64,000 nt of DNA from Hyphomicrobiaceae bacterium (GCA_016793635.1 JAEUMD010000015.1:37829-101828), one strand, 5' to 3'. Counted from the first letter of the stretch, positions 31,901-41,029 are shown. Translations and numbers: made by a program. Notes: a model not told the origin generated them from the sequence alone.

Positions 31901-32890
31901 GCCGCCGATCCCGACGAACGAGATGCGCGCGAATGTCGCCGCTAGCCGCGGGTCGATGGCCGCTACGGCGACAAGCGAAAGCTGCCCGAGTATCCACACT
32001 AGTGATAGTAAGCGGATGAGACCATGGCTCAGCCGCAGCCGCAGGAAGGCGTGCAGAAACATCACCAAGCTTGCGGCCATCGAGGCTTCCGCCGCCGCGC
32101 GATAGATGGCGTTGTCCTCCGGCTTCATGTTGAACAGCTTATGGAAAAAGCCGAACTCCACGCACAGGTAGGTGAGCACGCACCACGAGAACAGCGCCGC
32201 AGCGGGGAAGATGATCTTGTGGTTCGCGGCGAATATCGACGTCAGGAAGATCGCCGCGAGCACAGTCAGGCCGAGCATGACGCCGTTGAAGAGCTGGCGG
32301 TCGCGCGCTTTGATTTCGTACTCAAGCGGTTTCCAGAGGAAGACACGCGGGAAGCTCTCGGTGGCGAGCTCGACGACGTAGGTGATGGTCTGGCCGGGCT
32401 CCAGCGTCAGCGCGAAGATGTCGGCGCGGTCGGAGCGTACGCGGCTTGGAACGAAGCCCATCGACGGCGTCACGGCTTCGAGACGGCGGGCGTCGAGATC
32501 GGGCCAGACGATGCCGGACCCGGACGCGGTGTAGCGGTCTGCGGTCAGCCAGCGTTCGATCGGTTTGTCGCTCGGGTTGCTCAGCGCGAATACGAGCCAG
32601 CGCGGGTTGGTGCCGGACGTCGCCGCGCGAACCGACATGCGGCCGCGCACGCCATCGCTACTCGCCGCCGTCTCGATCGTCAGGCTGTCACCGCGACCGT
32701 CATAGGCTTCGCCGAGCGGCGTGATCTCGACGCGATCCTGATCGGCCTGCACGGTGATCGCGTTGAGTGCCAACGCAGGACGCACGTGCACCGTGCAGGC
32801 GAGCGCGAACAGCACGGTGAACAACGCCATCAGACCAGCCGCCGGGCACGATCCATGCCAACGTCGCAATGTGCGGATGGCCGGGCTCAT
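29000..32890 (-). CDS. 7TMR-DISM sensor / PAS / GGDEF(degenerate GGDQF) / EAL c-di-GMP protein with a roughly 300-aa Pro-rich C-terminal tail
   Basis: 1296 aa from ATG 32890 (MSPAIRTLRRW...). Signal/TM, periplasmic domain, 7 TM block, PAS-like region, GGDEF domain (RVGGDQFAILF) and EAL domain (GFEAMIR, DDFGAGYSSL, KIDRSLV, EGIE, QGFYYGEP). The track ORF to 33388 is read-through across the GNAT gene. Confidence 0.85.
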   Translation of the reverse strand: MSPAIRTLRRWHGSCPAAGLMALFTVLFALACTVHVRPALALNAITVQADQDRVEITPLGEAYDGRGDSLTIETAASSDGVRGRMSVRAATSGTNPRWLVFALSNPSDKPIERWLTADRYTASGSGIVWPDLDARRLEAVTPSMGFVPSRVRSDRADIFALTLEPGQTITYVVELATESFPRVFLWKPLEYEIKARDRQLFNGVMLGLTVLAAIFLTSIFAANHKIIFPAAALFSWCVLTYLCVEFGFFHKLFNMKPEDNAIYRAAAEASMAASLVMFLHAFLRLRLSHGLIRLLSLVWILGQLSLVAVAAIDPRLAATFARISFVGIGGIGAVVTLFLAIRGQDRALHLVPTWILFLIWIFLAAVTLTGRLPGDVFVSALMAGLVMVVLLIAFTVTQFAFRSIDPVAGLSAGDSQLRAIAVDGARSAVWEWSSRRDEIKTGTLVEELLGLNAGELNVKVDEFLQHVHSADRERFRLMLWSVQERAGGKIRADFRMRHADNTYRWFELEAASVPTSDRRTVRCIGLMRDVTDVKIAHERLLHDAVRCSLTGVPNRSLLLDRLATVMARSKSDSRVRPTVFFIDIDKFKSVNATLGLNVGDSVLITVARRLQRHLGPFDTLARVGGDQFAILFVEEQESRELAALAERVRRSLRSPIHIASQEVVLTVSLGIAVYEGGETSSEDFLREAEIAMFRAKRGGTDRIEIFRPELRGEVEDDSGIEGMVRKAVDKGQLKMLFQPIVYLPTEELAGFEAMIRFEHPKLGMLNPAAILTSAADAEYVRKIGSMALSRAVEAAAQWQKELPRPEDHLFVNVDVASTEMLRSELAQEVRHLLAVTMIAKGTLRLEVSEAIVMENPEHAVSILDLVRGAGAEVVLDDFGAGYSSLTYLQRLACETFKIDRSLVRSGTGGNEAGSSVVRAMVALAHELGKKAIAEGIEAPDDVVFLRAIGCEFAQGFYYGEPMADRDVTQLLRIIRKSERKLQTHGFFKTKQRSSRKKRKREAEAQAAATSGVNQAEAAASPGAMPESRDAGTPMPSPLNGAGHPDANGASPPRGQAERPRGTPPPLAAEAGAPAQATPPTLRTRQRPMPQRQPEPPAQRTEPLRPPAQPMPPPVAPPPFAQPQAMPQARVSAPQGLPHETGQPFANTPAKPEGWTAPNAPPPSASAVMASAPPIQPPPVPPSTTAGAANGQSSPPHANEPSPPPAAERPNEPRTTPPTIPPVAQPAVPPAVPPNAQPARTASKPRPSPPRVRPPQPQPDFSTLPPGIAASLAKLAGIAPPEPPPVPGARRKEPTES

Positions 32891-33483
32891 GCGCCGCCTC
32901 CCCCGCGCCCGGCGTCGTCCGCCAGCAGCGCGTAGAGCAGGTGATCCTCCCAGCGACCGCAAATCTTGAGATAACGCCGAGCCAAACCCTCGCGCACGAA
33001 GCCCGCGCGCTCGAGCACGCGGATCGATGCCGTGTTGGCAGGCATCACAGCGGCATCGATCCGGTGCAGCTTCAAAGTGTCGAAAGCGAATGGGACGACG
33101 GCTCCGACCGCTGCCGCCATGTATCCCTTGCCGACATGCTCGGCGCCCAGCCAGTAGCCGAGCGTGGCCGACTGGGTGACACCGCGGCGCACGTTCGAAA
33201 GAGTGAGCCCGCCGACGAGTCGGTAACCGCCGGCGAAAATGAAAAGTCCGTAGCCGAGATCGTCGCGAGATTCGCGCGCGTAGTGGCGCACGCGGCGGCG
33301 GAATGCGGCGCGCGTCAGCTCGTCGAGCGCCCAGAGCGGCTCCCACGGCGCAAGATGCCCGCGGCTGGCGGAGCGCAGCTCGGACCAAGCGGGGTAATCC
33401 GCCATGGCGGCAGAGCGCAACGTGATGCCCCTGCCGGCGAGAACCGGCCCCGGATCCTGAACGATGCTTGCCCCCAGCAGCAC
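32887..33483 (-). CDS. GNAT-family N-acetyltransferase (RimJ/RimL-like)
   Basis: 198 aa. ...LGYWLGAEHVGKGYMAAAVGAVVPFAFDTLKLHRIDAAVMPANTASIRVLERAGFVREG... is the acetyl-CoA binding core. Its TGA stop overlaps the ATG of the downstream GGDEF/EAL gene (ATGA). Confidence 0.8.
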   Translation of the reverse strand: MLLGASIVQDPGPVLAGRGITLRSAAMADYPAWSELRSASRGHLAPWEPLWALDELTRAAFRRRVRHYARESRDDLGYGLFIFAGGYRLVGGLTLSNVRRGVTQSATLGYWLGAEHVGKGYMAAAVGAVVPFAFDTLKLHRIDAAVMPANTASIRVLERAGFVREGLARRYLKICGRWEDHLLYALLADDAGRGGGGA

Positions 33484-33495
33484 CCGTGGGCCTCC

Positions 33496-34767
33496 TCAGG
33501 CAATCCGGCGGAACTGGCCGGCGAGACGTTCGGCATGCTCGGCGGACGACTTGCCCGCACCGACGACGGCGACAGCGGCGGCGCCCTCATGCAGGCGGCG
33601 TGCAAAATTGCGCACGTCGCCTTCGCCGACCGCGTCGACCTCCGCGATCAGCTCCTCGGGCGCGAGTACGCGGCCGTGAGCGATGACGTGTCGTGCCATC
33701 TGCTCGGCGCGCGCCGAAGAGCTTTCCAGGCTCATCAGAAGGCCGGCTTTGAGCTGCGCTTTGGCCCGCGCAAGTTCGGCTGGCGTCGGTCCGGATTGGG
33801 CGACGGCCTCGAGCTCTTTCACCACGACGTCGCTCAACTGCGTGATCATCTCCGACCCGGTCGCCGAATAAATGGAAAAAAGCCCGGCATCGGCCAGGGC
33901 CCACGCCGACGAGTAGATCGTGTAGCAGAGGCCGCGCTTCTCGCGGACCTCCTGGAACAGCCGGGACGACATGCCCCCACCGAACAGGCCGGAAAACACC
34001 TGCGCCGCGAAATAGTCGTCGGCGAAGTAGGACGGCCCCTCGAAACCAAGCAGCAGATGGCTCTGCTCGAAACGTCGCTTGTAGGAGCGCGCACCCCCTT
34101 CGTAGCGCGCCGGCACCGAATCCGGAGCCTTGCGACGAGCAAGCCCTCCGAATAGGGCTTCAGCGTGGCGGACCAATTGATCGTGGCGGACAGAACCCGC
34201 CGCAGAGATCACCATGCGCTCGGGCACGTAATGGCGGTCGAGAAACGATTGCAGCGTCGCCGGGTCGATCCCCTTGATGCTCGCCGTCGTGCCGAGGATC
34301 GTGCGCCCCACGGGCTGGCCGGGAAACGCGGCCTCTGCCAACAGGTCGTAGCCGATATCCTCGGGATCGTCGCGCGTTGCGGCGATCTCCAGCAAGATCA
34401 CGTCGCGCTCGCGCTCGAGTTCCTGCGGGTCGAACTGCGACTCCTGCAGGATGTCCGCCAGCACCTCCAGAGCGACCGTCTCGTCACCCTTGAGCACCCG
34501 CGCGAAATAGGCCGTCTGCTCGAGGCTGGTCGATGCGTTGAGCTCGCCGCCGACGCTTTCGATCTCCTCGGCGATCTGGCGAGCCGTGCGCTTTTTCGTA
34601 CCCTTGAACGCCATGTGCTCGAGCAAGTGCGAGATGCCGTGCTCGCTCTCCACTTCGTCGCGCGCACCGGCGGCCACCCACACGCCGAGCGAAACGGTTT
34701 CGAGGTGGTTCATCGCGTGCGAGACGACGCGGATGCCGTTGGCGAGCGTGGAAACCTCGGTACTCAT
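33496..34767 (-). CDS. M16-family zinc peptidase (pitrilysin/MPP-like)
   Basis: 423 aa. The inverted zinc motif HGISHLLEHMAFKGT and the downstream E are present. The ATG overlaps the thrC stop (ATGA). Confidence 0.85.
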   Translation of the reverse strand: MSTEVSTLANGIRVVSHAMNHLETVSLGVWVAAGARDEVESEHGISHLLEHMAFKGTKKRTARQIAEEIESVGGELNASTSLEQTAYFARVLKGDETVALEVLADILQESQFDPQELERERDVILLEIAATRDDPEDIGYDLLAEAAFPGQPVGRTILGTTASIKGIDPATLQSFLDRHYVPERMVISAAGSVRHDQLVRHAEALFGGLARRKAPDSVPARYEGGARSYKRRFEQSHLLLGFEGPSYFADDYFAAQVFSGLFGGGMSSRLFQEVREKRGLCYTIYSSAWALADAGLFSIYSATGSEMITQLSDVVVKELEAVAQSGPTPAELARAKAQLKAGLLMSLESSSARAEQMARHVIAHGRVLAPEELIAEVDAVGEGDVRNFARRLHEGAAAVAVVGAGKSSAEHAERLAGQFRRIA

Positions 34768-36200
34768 GCGCCGCCTTTCGCGGTTTGGCCCTCGCGCACG
34801 GCGCGGGCGCGGCTTTCGACGAAGCGCTCGACGGTGGCGAGATCGTTGGCCAGCCGCTCGAACCGCTCGGGCGCCGACATCAAGCCGGCGAGGCGCGGCG
34901 GAAGGCCCGGACGCGAACCCGTGATCGCCTCCATCGCATCGGGGAATTTCGCCGGGTGTGCGGTCGAGAGCACGACGCGCGGAACCCCGCGGCCAGCCTT
35001 GTGAACCGAGGACGCGGCGACGTAGGCGCAGGCCGTATGCGGGTCCATGAGGTAGCCGCTCGTCGCGGCGACGTGGCGAATGGCTTGCGCCACGTCCGCC
35101 TCGCTCGCCGCACGCGCCGAAAATTCTTGGCTGAGGCCCATGGCCACCCGACCCGTATCGAACCGGCGCGACTGCGCCAGCGAGGCGAACGCGTTTCGCA
35201 CGTAGGCATCGTCACGCCCCGAAGCCTCGAACAGGTAGCGCTCGAAGTTCGAGGAGATCTGGATGTCCATCGACGGCGACGACGTCGCGACGACGTCGCG
35301 CATCTCGTAAGTACCTGTCTCGAGGGTGCGCGGCAGGATATCGTTCTCGTTGGATGCGATCACGAGATCGGCCACGGGCAATCCCATCTGTTTCGCCACG
35401 TATCCCGCGAAGATGTCGCCGAAGTTGCCAGTCGGCACGGTGAATGCGACGGAACGGTGCGGCGCGCCGAGCGCCACGGCGGCGACGAAGTAATACGTCA
35501 CCTGCGCGACGATGCGCGCCCAGTTGATCGAGTTGACGCCCGCAAGCGCCACGGAATCGCGGAAGGCGTGGTCGTTGAACATGGCTTTGACCAGCGCCTG
35601 GCAATCGTCGAACGTACCGTCGATGGCGACGGCGTGCACGTTCGTCTCGGTCGGCGTCGTCATCATGCGACGCTGCACGTCCGACACCCGGCCGTCCGGG
35701 AACAGGATCACAACGTCGACGCGCTTCGACGTGCGGAAAGCTTCGATCGCCGCACCACCCGTGTCACCGGAGGTGGCGCCGACGATCGTCACGCGCTGGC
35801 CCCGCTTCTCGAGGACGTGGTCCATCAGCCGCGCCAGCATTTGCATGGCGACGTCCTTGAACGCCAGTGTCGGTCCGTGGAACAGCTCGAGCACGAATGT
35901 CTGCGCATCGAGCTGCACCAGCGGCGTCACCGCGGCGTGGCCGAAGGTTGCATAGGCGTCCGCCGCCATCTCGCCCAGCACCCGCGTCGGCAATTCCTCG
36001 CCCGAGAAACGACCGATGATCTCGGCGGCGACTTCGGCGAAGGGCCGGCCGGCGAATCCGGCGATCGTCGCCGCATCGAGCGCCGGCCAGGATTCGGGCA
36101 CATAGAGTCCGCCGTCACGCGCGAGGCCGGCCAGCAACACGTCCTCGAACCCGAGCCGCGGAGCACCGCCGCGCGTGGAGATGTATGAAACGGAGGTCAA
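34764..36200 (-). CDS. thrC: Threonine synthase
   Basis: 478 aa. Start taken as TTG 36200, giving (M)TSVSYISTRGGAPRLGFEDVLLAGLARDGGLYVP. The PLP-lysine context FHGPTLAFKDVAMQ is present. The 62-aa upstream extension in the track ORF does not look like protein. Confidence 0.9.
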   Translation of the reverse strand: MTSVSYISTRGGAPRLGFEDVLLAGLARDGGLYVPESWPALDAATIAGFAGRPFAEVAAEIIGRFSGEELPTRVLGEMAADAYATFGHAAVTPLVQLDAQTFVLELFHGPTLAFKDVAMQMLARLMDHVLEKRGQRVTIVGATSGDTGGAAIEAFRTSKRVDVVILFPDGRVSDVQRRMMTTPTETNVHAVAIDGTFDDCQALVKAMFNDHAFRDSVALAGVNSINWARIVAQVTYYFVAAVALGAPHRSVAFTVPTGNFGDIFAGYVAKQMGLPVADLVIASNENDILPRTLETGTYEMRDVVATSSPSMDIQISSNFERYLFEASGRDDAYVRNAFASLAQSRRFDTGRVAMGLSQEFSARAASEADVAQAIRHVAATSGYLMDPHTACAYVAASSVHKAGRGVPRVVLSTAHPAKFPDAMEAITGSRPGLPPRLAGLMSAPERFERLANDLATVERFVESRARAVREGQTAKGGA

Positions 36201-36527
36201 GGTCGGCAATTCTCCAGACAGCTGTGGACCCTCGCCGCCATGGTCGGCGAGGCGTGGTATGCGCCACGGAGCAAGAGAAGCTCGCCAAGTTTGCAAGCTT
36301 GCCCCGACCGACGCGAGAACCGCCGAACGATCAGCGATGAAGGTGCCGGACGCGACCTCCACGCCCGGCTCGGCCGAACACAACACGACCGAACCGGCGT
36401 ATTCGAGCCACGAGGCAACCCGCGCAGGAAACCCGTTTTGGACGGATCACTCCAGCGTCTTTGATCGGCGCTCCCTGCGCCGCGGTCAAGGCCGTTGATA
36501 GGCGAGATGCGGCGCTCTTGTCGTGCC

Positions 36528-37310
36528 TCAGGCGGCGCGGCGCCGGCCCCGCGAAACCGCATACGCCACATAGACGCCAATCAGCGTCAGCGCGAGCCCG
36601 TACCAGGTCAGCGCATATTCGAGATGCCGGTTCGTGAGGTTGATCGCACCGAGTTCAGGCTTGGGTGCATCCGCCCCACCCGCCGCCGTCTCTGCTTCGA
36701 CGAGAACCGCCGCGACCGGAGTGCCGGCACCGAGGGCCTGGATCATTCCTGCAGAGTCGTAGGAGTACCACTGATTGTGCTCGGGATTGCTGCCACCAGA
36801 AAACGTGCCCGTGCGGCCAATGCGGGTGCGTCCGACGATTTCAACCACACCCTCGGGATTGCCCGCGGCCCGCATCTCGCGCGCCTTGCGGTGCTCCGGC
36901 ACGACGCCGCGGATGACGAGAACGCGGCCGGCAGGCTGGGCACCAGGAGCCGCCGGGAGAGGAGTGGATAATTCGAGCGGAGTAACGACGCTCCAGGCCG
37001 GGCCAATTTTGCCCGGTGCCCAGACATGGAACTCGTGGACGTGATCGAACCGCCCCGACACGCTGACGCGGCGGAATTCCGCCTCTTCGAAAGGCTGCTT
37101 ACCCTGGATGACGTCCGCCAGTACCTCGCCGAGTGGTTTCGGTGCCGCTTTCGCGCCCGCCTCGACGCGCGCGATCAGCGCCTCTTTCCAGGCCAGGCGG
37201 CGCATCTGCCAGGTACCGAGAGAGAGCAGAATAGCGAGCCCGATAAGTGTCAGCACAGTCGGCCACAGCAAGCTGCCGCGCGGCCCGTCTGCCTTCATCT
37301 CTGGATTCAT
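36528..37310 (-). CDS. SURF1-family cytochrome oxidase assembly protein
   Basis: 260 aa from ATG 37310 (MNPEMKADGPRGSLLWPTVLTLIGLAILLSLGTWQMRRLAWKEALI...). TM at both ends. Located in the cox cluster. Confidence 0.8.
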   Translation of the reverse strand: MNPEMKADGPRGSLLWPTVLTLIGLAILLSLGTWQMRRLAWKEALIARVEAGAKAAPKPLGEVLADVIQGKQPFEEAEFRRVSVSGRFDHVHEFHVWAPGKIGPAWSVVTPLELSTPLPAAPGAQPAGRVLVIRGVVPEHRKAREMRAAGNPEGVVEIVGRTRIGRTGTFSGGSNPEHNQWYSYDSAGMIQALGAGTPVAAVLVEAETAAGGADAPKPELGAINLTNRHLEYALTWYGLALTLIGVYVAYAVSRGRRRAA

Positions 37311-37396
37311 GAGCGAGGTTACTCCAACGCCACGCCCGCGCGGGGCCACCCCTGCCACGTTTGGGATCGCCAACGGAGCGATCGCCGCGTCGGCCG

Positions 37397-37777
37397 CTAT
37401 TTCACTAGTCGGCCTTCCTCGGCCTTGTTGCGGAATTGGAGCGCGATCAGCGTCGCCTTGAGGAAACGTAGCAGGCCGACCGCGAGCAGCGGCGTGACGA
37501 GGCCCCACAGCACGATGTGCACCCAGAGCGCCGGCTCGTAGGTGAATTCGACCCAGAGCGCTGCTCCGAGCACCACGAAGCCGAGAATGAAGATCGCAAA
37601 GATCGCCGGGCCGTCGCCGGTGTCGATGAACTTGTAGCTCAGGCCGCAGGACGAGCAGCTCTCGCGCAGGTTCAGCACCTGTGTGAACAGTGGCCCCTTT
37701 CCGCAGCGGGGGCAGTGCGCCTTGAGGCCGCTGACGATGACGGGCACGGACATGTGATGATTTGCAGGAGTGGTCAT
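37397..37777 (-). CDS. DUF983 zinc-ribbon membrane protein
   Basis: 126 aa from ATG 37777. The CPRCGKGPLF...CSSCGL zinc ribbon followed by two TM helices is the usual DUF983 layout next to cox/SURF1 genes. Confidence 0.7.
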   Translation of the reverse strand: MTTPANHHMSVPVIVSGLKAHCPRCGKGPLFTQVLNLRESCSSCGLSYKFIDTGDGPAIFAIFILGFVVLGAALWVEFTYEPALWVHIVLWGLVTPLLAVGLLRFLKATLIALQFRNKAEEGRLVK

Positions 37778-37838
37778 GCTGGCACCATCAGCGAAAGCCG
37801 TGTCGCGTGCAATGCGAGGTTTGGACACACTTGTTTGC

Positions 37839-38140
37839 GCCGCCGATTCACGTGCTCGCGAGAAAACTCGCACGATCGGGGCGCCGCCGCCGATTCACGC
37901 GCTCACAAGAGCCCGCACGATCGGGGCCAAACACGATAGCCCGCGAATGCGGGCTCAGCGGCCAACGGCCGCCGGCGCAAGTGCGCCGCACCTGAACAAG
38001 AGTGCCGCCGCCGATTCACGCGCTCGCAAGGGCTCGCACGATCAGGGCGCGGAACCAGCGGCCGAAGGCCGCTCAGGCCGCGACTGCGGCCCGGCGCAAG
38101 TGCGCCGCACCTGAACAAGAGCACCGCCACCGATCAAAGC
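37839..38140. repeat. Mosaic array of GC-rich intergenic repeats (three copies of a 41-43-nt unit, two perfect copies of a 31-nt unit, plus short palindromic hairpins)
   Basis: Unit A (gccgccgattcacgYgctc.c.ag...c.cgcacgatc.ggg) occurs at 37839-37881, 37886-37926 and 38007-38047. Unit B (ccggcgcaagtgcgccgcacctgaacaagag) is identical at 37972-38002 and 38091-38121. Hairpins include agcccgcgaatgcgggct and cagcggccRaMggccgc. Confidence 0.85.
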
Positions 38141-38170
38141 AAACGGCCGGCACAGGGATGCGCCGGCCGT
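38134..38170 (-). terminator. Rho-independent terminator after ctaE
   Basis: Minus strand reads acggccggc-gcatccctgt-gccggccgt (9-bp GC stem, 10-nt loop) followed by ttgctttga. It begins about 24 nt after the ctaE stop. Confidence 0.6.
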
Positions 38171-38193
38171 CGCAGTCGTCATTCGACCAGTCG

Positions 38194-39105
38194 TCAGTGA
38201 CCGGCACCCGCGTGCGCGCCCGCGCCCCAGACGTAGATGGCGGCGAACAGGAACAGCCAGACCACGTCGACGAAGTGCCAGTACCAGGCAGCCGCCTCGA
38301 AGCCGAAATGCTGCTTCGGCGTGAAGTGCCCCTTGAGCGCGCGGATCAGGCAGACGAACAGGAAGATCGTGCCGATGATGACGTGCGCGCCGTGGAAACC
38401 GGTCGCCATGAAGAACGTCGAGCCGTAGATGTGGCCGGCGAAGTTGAACGCGGCGTGGCCATACTCGAATGCCTGCAGCGCCGTGAACAGCATGCCGAGC
38501 AGAACGGTGAGAACGAGACCCCAGACAAGGCCCGTGCGGTCGTTCTTCAACAGTGCATGGTGAGCCCACGTCACGGTGCAGCCCGAGAGCAGCAGGATGA
38601 GCGTGTTGACCAGCGGCAGGCCCCACGGATCGAACGTGCTCTTGAAAGCGTCGACCGGCTGCGGCGGCCAGTGCCCACCCGTCAGCGCGTTACGTTCAAC
38701 CATACCGATCTGCGTGGCGACGTTGGCCGGCTGGTAGAGCCCCGACGGGAACAGCGAGGCATCGAAGTAAGCCCAGAACCAGGCGACGAAGAACATCACT
38801 TCGGAAGCGATGAACAGGATCATGCCGTAACGCAGGTGCAGCTGCACGACCGGGGTGTGGTCACCCTTATGCGCTTCGATGACGACATCGCGCCACCACA
38901 TGTAGGCGACGGCGACGAGACCGGCCATGCCGACGGCGAACAGCCAAGGCCCCTTCATGCCGAACAGGCCGGCGCCGCCACCGGTCGAGCGCATCCACAC
39001 GATTGCGCCGACGGCGGTCAACAGCGCCGACAAGGACGCGAAAAGCGGCCATGGGCTCGGATCGACCAGATGGTAATCGTGGTTCTTAGCGTGTGTGTCG
39101 GCCAT
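38194..39105 (-). CDS. ctaE: Cytochrome c oxidase subunit III
   Basis: 303 aa. [29 protein letters not shown]... and the C-terminal [19 protein letters not shown] motif are present. Confidence 0.95.
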   Translation of the reverse strand: MADTHAKNHDYHLVDPSPWPLFASLSALLTAVGAIVWMRSTGGGAGLFGMKGPWLFAVGMAGLVAVAYMWWRDVVIEAHKGDHTPVVQLHLRYGMILFIASEVMFFVAWFWAYFDASLFPSGLYQPANVATQIGMVERNALTGGHWPPQPVDAFKSTFDPWGLPLVNTLILLLSGCTVTWAHHALLKNDRTGLVWGLVLTVLLGMLFTALQAFEYGHAAFNFAGHIYGSTFFMATGFHGAHVIIGTIFLFVCLIRALKGHFTPKQHFGFEAAAWYWHFVDVVWLFLFAAIYVWGAGAHAGAGH

Positions 39106-39220
39106 TGAAGTCTCCGTTCCCCAGCCTTGTCGTTGTCCCCAGTATTGTCTCGTAGTTCATCCGTATCGCCCGTGCGGCTCACTGGCCGGCCCGCAGCGAG
39201 ACGGGCATTTCAATTCGCGG

Positions 39221-39901
39221 TCAACTCTTGCCTCCCGGGTGCGGCGCGACGGAACCGGCCGGCGCCACATCCCGCCGAGACGCCGCGGCGTGCGGCTCCT
39301 CGATGGGATGGAAGGTATAGGATAACGTGATCTCCGACAGCTTCTTCGCATCGGGATCGTTCAAGATCGCCGGATCGACGAAGAACATCACCGGCATATC
39401 GGCGGACTGCCCAGGCTCCAGCACCTGCTCGGTGAAGCAGAAGCACTCTACCTTGTTGAAGTAGGCGCCGGCCGACTCCGGCGCGACGTTGAAGCTCGCA
39501 GTGCCCTTGGTGCGGCGGCTCGAGATGTTGGTCGCGCCGTAGTGCGCGACGACGTTCTCGCCGAGGCGCACTTCCACCGTTCGCTGCTTCGGCTGGAAGT
39601 CCCACGGAAGTGCGCGCGCGGTGTTGGCGTCGAAGCGGACGACAATCGTGCGGTCGACGATGGCACTCGAGGCCTTCGCCGCCACCTGCGGCGTGCCACC
39701 ATAGCCGGTGACCTGACAGAACATGCGATAGAGCGGCACCGCGGCGTAGGCCATGCCGGCCATGACGACGACGACGACGCCAAGGCGGGCCGCGACGCGG
39801 CGATGACGGGCCGCCATCTCGCGCTCCGCGGCCATACGGTCGGCGACAGCGCCGTTCGCCGCCGTGCCCACGCCAGTTGCCTTGTCGCCTGGGATCGTCA
39901 C
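39221..39901 (-). CDS. ctaG: Cytochrome c oxidase assembly protein CtaG/Cox11
   Basis: 226 aa. VPLYRMFCQVTGYGGTP and the copper-binding FNKVECFCFTEQ motif are present. Confidence 0.9.
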   Translation of the reverse strand: MTIPGDKATGVGTAANGAVADRMAAEREMAARHRRVAARLGVVVVVMAGMAYAAVPLYRMFCQVTGYGGTPQVAAKASSAIVDRTIVVRFDANTARALPWDFQPKQRTVEVRLGENVVAHYGATNISSRRTKGTASFNVAPESAGAYFNKVECFCFTEQVLEPGQSADMPVMFFVDPAILNDPDAKKLSEITLSYTFHPIEEPHAAASRRDVAPAGSVAPHPGGKS

Positions 39902-39911
39902 GCGCTTCTCC

Positions 39912-40097
39912 CTACAACGGCCGGTTCATGACGTTGCCGCCGAGCCGGACGATGGTCGCCGCGTAGAACAAAACGACGAGGAATCCGAGGGCAAGAGCGA
40001 TCGCGAGCGAGCGCAGGCGTTGGCGCCGCCGCGCTTCCTCACTGTCCGCACCAGCCGGCATGCGGCTCATCGGCTTGCTCCCTTCCTTGCCCGACAT
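39912..40097 (-). CDS. Small membrane protein of the cox cluster (CoxF-like, 61 aa)
   Basis: Tail of track ORF 39912..40805: [61 protein letters not shown]. One TM. Its ATG overlaps the stop of ctaB (ATGA). The position between ctaB and ctaG matches the small ORF seen in other alphaproteobacterial cox clusters. Confidence 0.5.
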   Translation of the reverse strand: MSGKEGSKPMSRMPAGADSEEARRRQRLRSLAIALALGFLVVLFYAATIVRLGGNVMNRPL

Positions 40098-41029
40098 CAC
40101 ATCAGCGCCTTGTGCACGATCTGCTCGACCAGCAGCACGGCGAACAGTGCGAAGAGATAGAAAATCGAGAAGCCAAACAGCTTCTTCGCCGCCGTATCGG
40201 CCTCGCGGCCCTCGGTGATGCGGCGCACATCGAACGCGAGCCACAGGAATACCGCGCCGAGCGCAACGGACGTGACGAGATAGGCGATACCGCCAAGGCC
40301 GATGAAGTAGGGCGAGACCGCGAGCGGAACGAGCAGCAGCGAGTAGATCACGATCTGCCTGCGGGTCTCCGCCGGACCGGCCACCACCGGAAGCATCGGC
40401 ACGCCGACGCGCTCGTAGTCGCGGCAACGGTAGAGCGCAAGCGCCCAGAAGTGCGGCGGCGTCCACATGAAGATGATGAGAAACAGCACGATGCTCTCGA
40501 TCGAGACCGAGCCTGAAACAGCGGCCCAGCCGACCATGGGCGGGAAAGCGCCGGCGGCGCCGCCGATGACGATGTTCTGCGGGGTCCGTCGCTTCAGCCA
40601 CATCGTGTAGATGAACACGTAGAATGCGATGGTGAAGGCCAGCAGGCCGCCCGCGACCCAGTTCACCAGCACGCCGAGCGTGAGAACGGAACCGGCGGCC
40701 AGCACGATGCCGAACGTCAGCGCCTCGTCCGCCGTTACCCGCCCACGTGGGATCGGGCGCGACGCTGTCCGCGCCATACGGCCATCGATGTCGGCGTCGT
40801 ACCACATGTTGAGCGCACCGGAGGCGCCGCCGCCCACCGCGATCATCAGCAGCGCGATGGCGCCGAGCACGGGATGGATGCCACCCGGTGCGGCGACCAT
40901 GCCGACCAGCGCGGTGAACACGACGAGCGACATCACGCGCGGCTTCAGCAGCGCCAGATAATCGCCGACGGTCGGCTCGTTGAGGAGCGCCCGTTCGCCG
41001 GCACTTGCTTCCAGAGTTGCACCCGACAT
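40097..41029 (-). CDS. ctaB: Protoheme IX farnesyltransferase (heme O synthase), canonical copy
   Basis: 310 aa. [42 protein letters not shown] and [11 protein letters not shown] are typical CtaB/CyoE motifs. Confidence 0.9.
   Translation of the reverse strand: MSGATLEASAGERALLNEPTVGDYLALLKPRVMSLVVFTALVGMVAAPGGIHPVLGAIALLMIAVGGGASGALNMWYDADIDGRMARTASRPIPRGRVTADEALTFGIVLAAGSVLTLGVLVNWVAGGLLAFTIAFYVFIYTMWLKRRTPQNIVIGGAAGAFPPMVGWAAVSGSVSIESIVLFLIIFMWTPPHFWALALYRCRDYERVGVPMLPVVAGPAETRRQIVIYSLLLVPLAVSPYFIGLGGIAYLVTSVALGAVFLWLAFDVRRITEGREADTAAKKLFGFSIFYLFALFAVLLVEQIVHKALM

Noticed and set aside
30116-31945. 609-aa plus-strand ORF, together with similar long ORFs at 34785..36188, 60352..61689, 51122..52447, 38002..39108, 19435..20592 and 18190..19305
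   Set aside because: All are antisense to confidently identified genes (GGDEF/EAL, thrC, addB, pheS, ctaE, nadA, glpK) and show no domain signatures. Stop-codon depletion in GC-rich DNA explains their length.
36201-36527. Possible riboswitch or leader (for example SAM-II) in the 330-nt region upstream of thrC
   Set aside because: I could not recognise any known riboswitch core or a convincing conserved structure. It may simply be a long promoter/leader.
37762-38114. Short plus-strand ORFs encoding repeated PPPIHALARARTI-type peptides, and a possible CRISPR array
   Set aside because: The periodic peptides simply mirror the nucleotide repeats. The repeat units differ in type and spacing, have no unique spacers of regular length, and no cas genes are present, so this is not a CRISPR and not coding.
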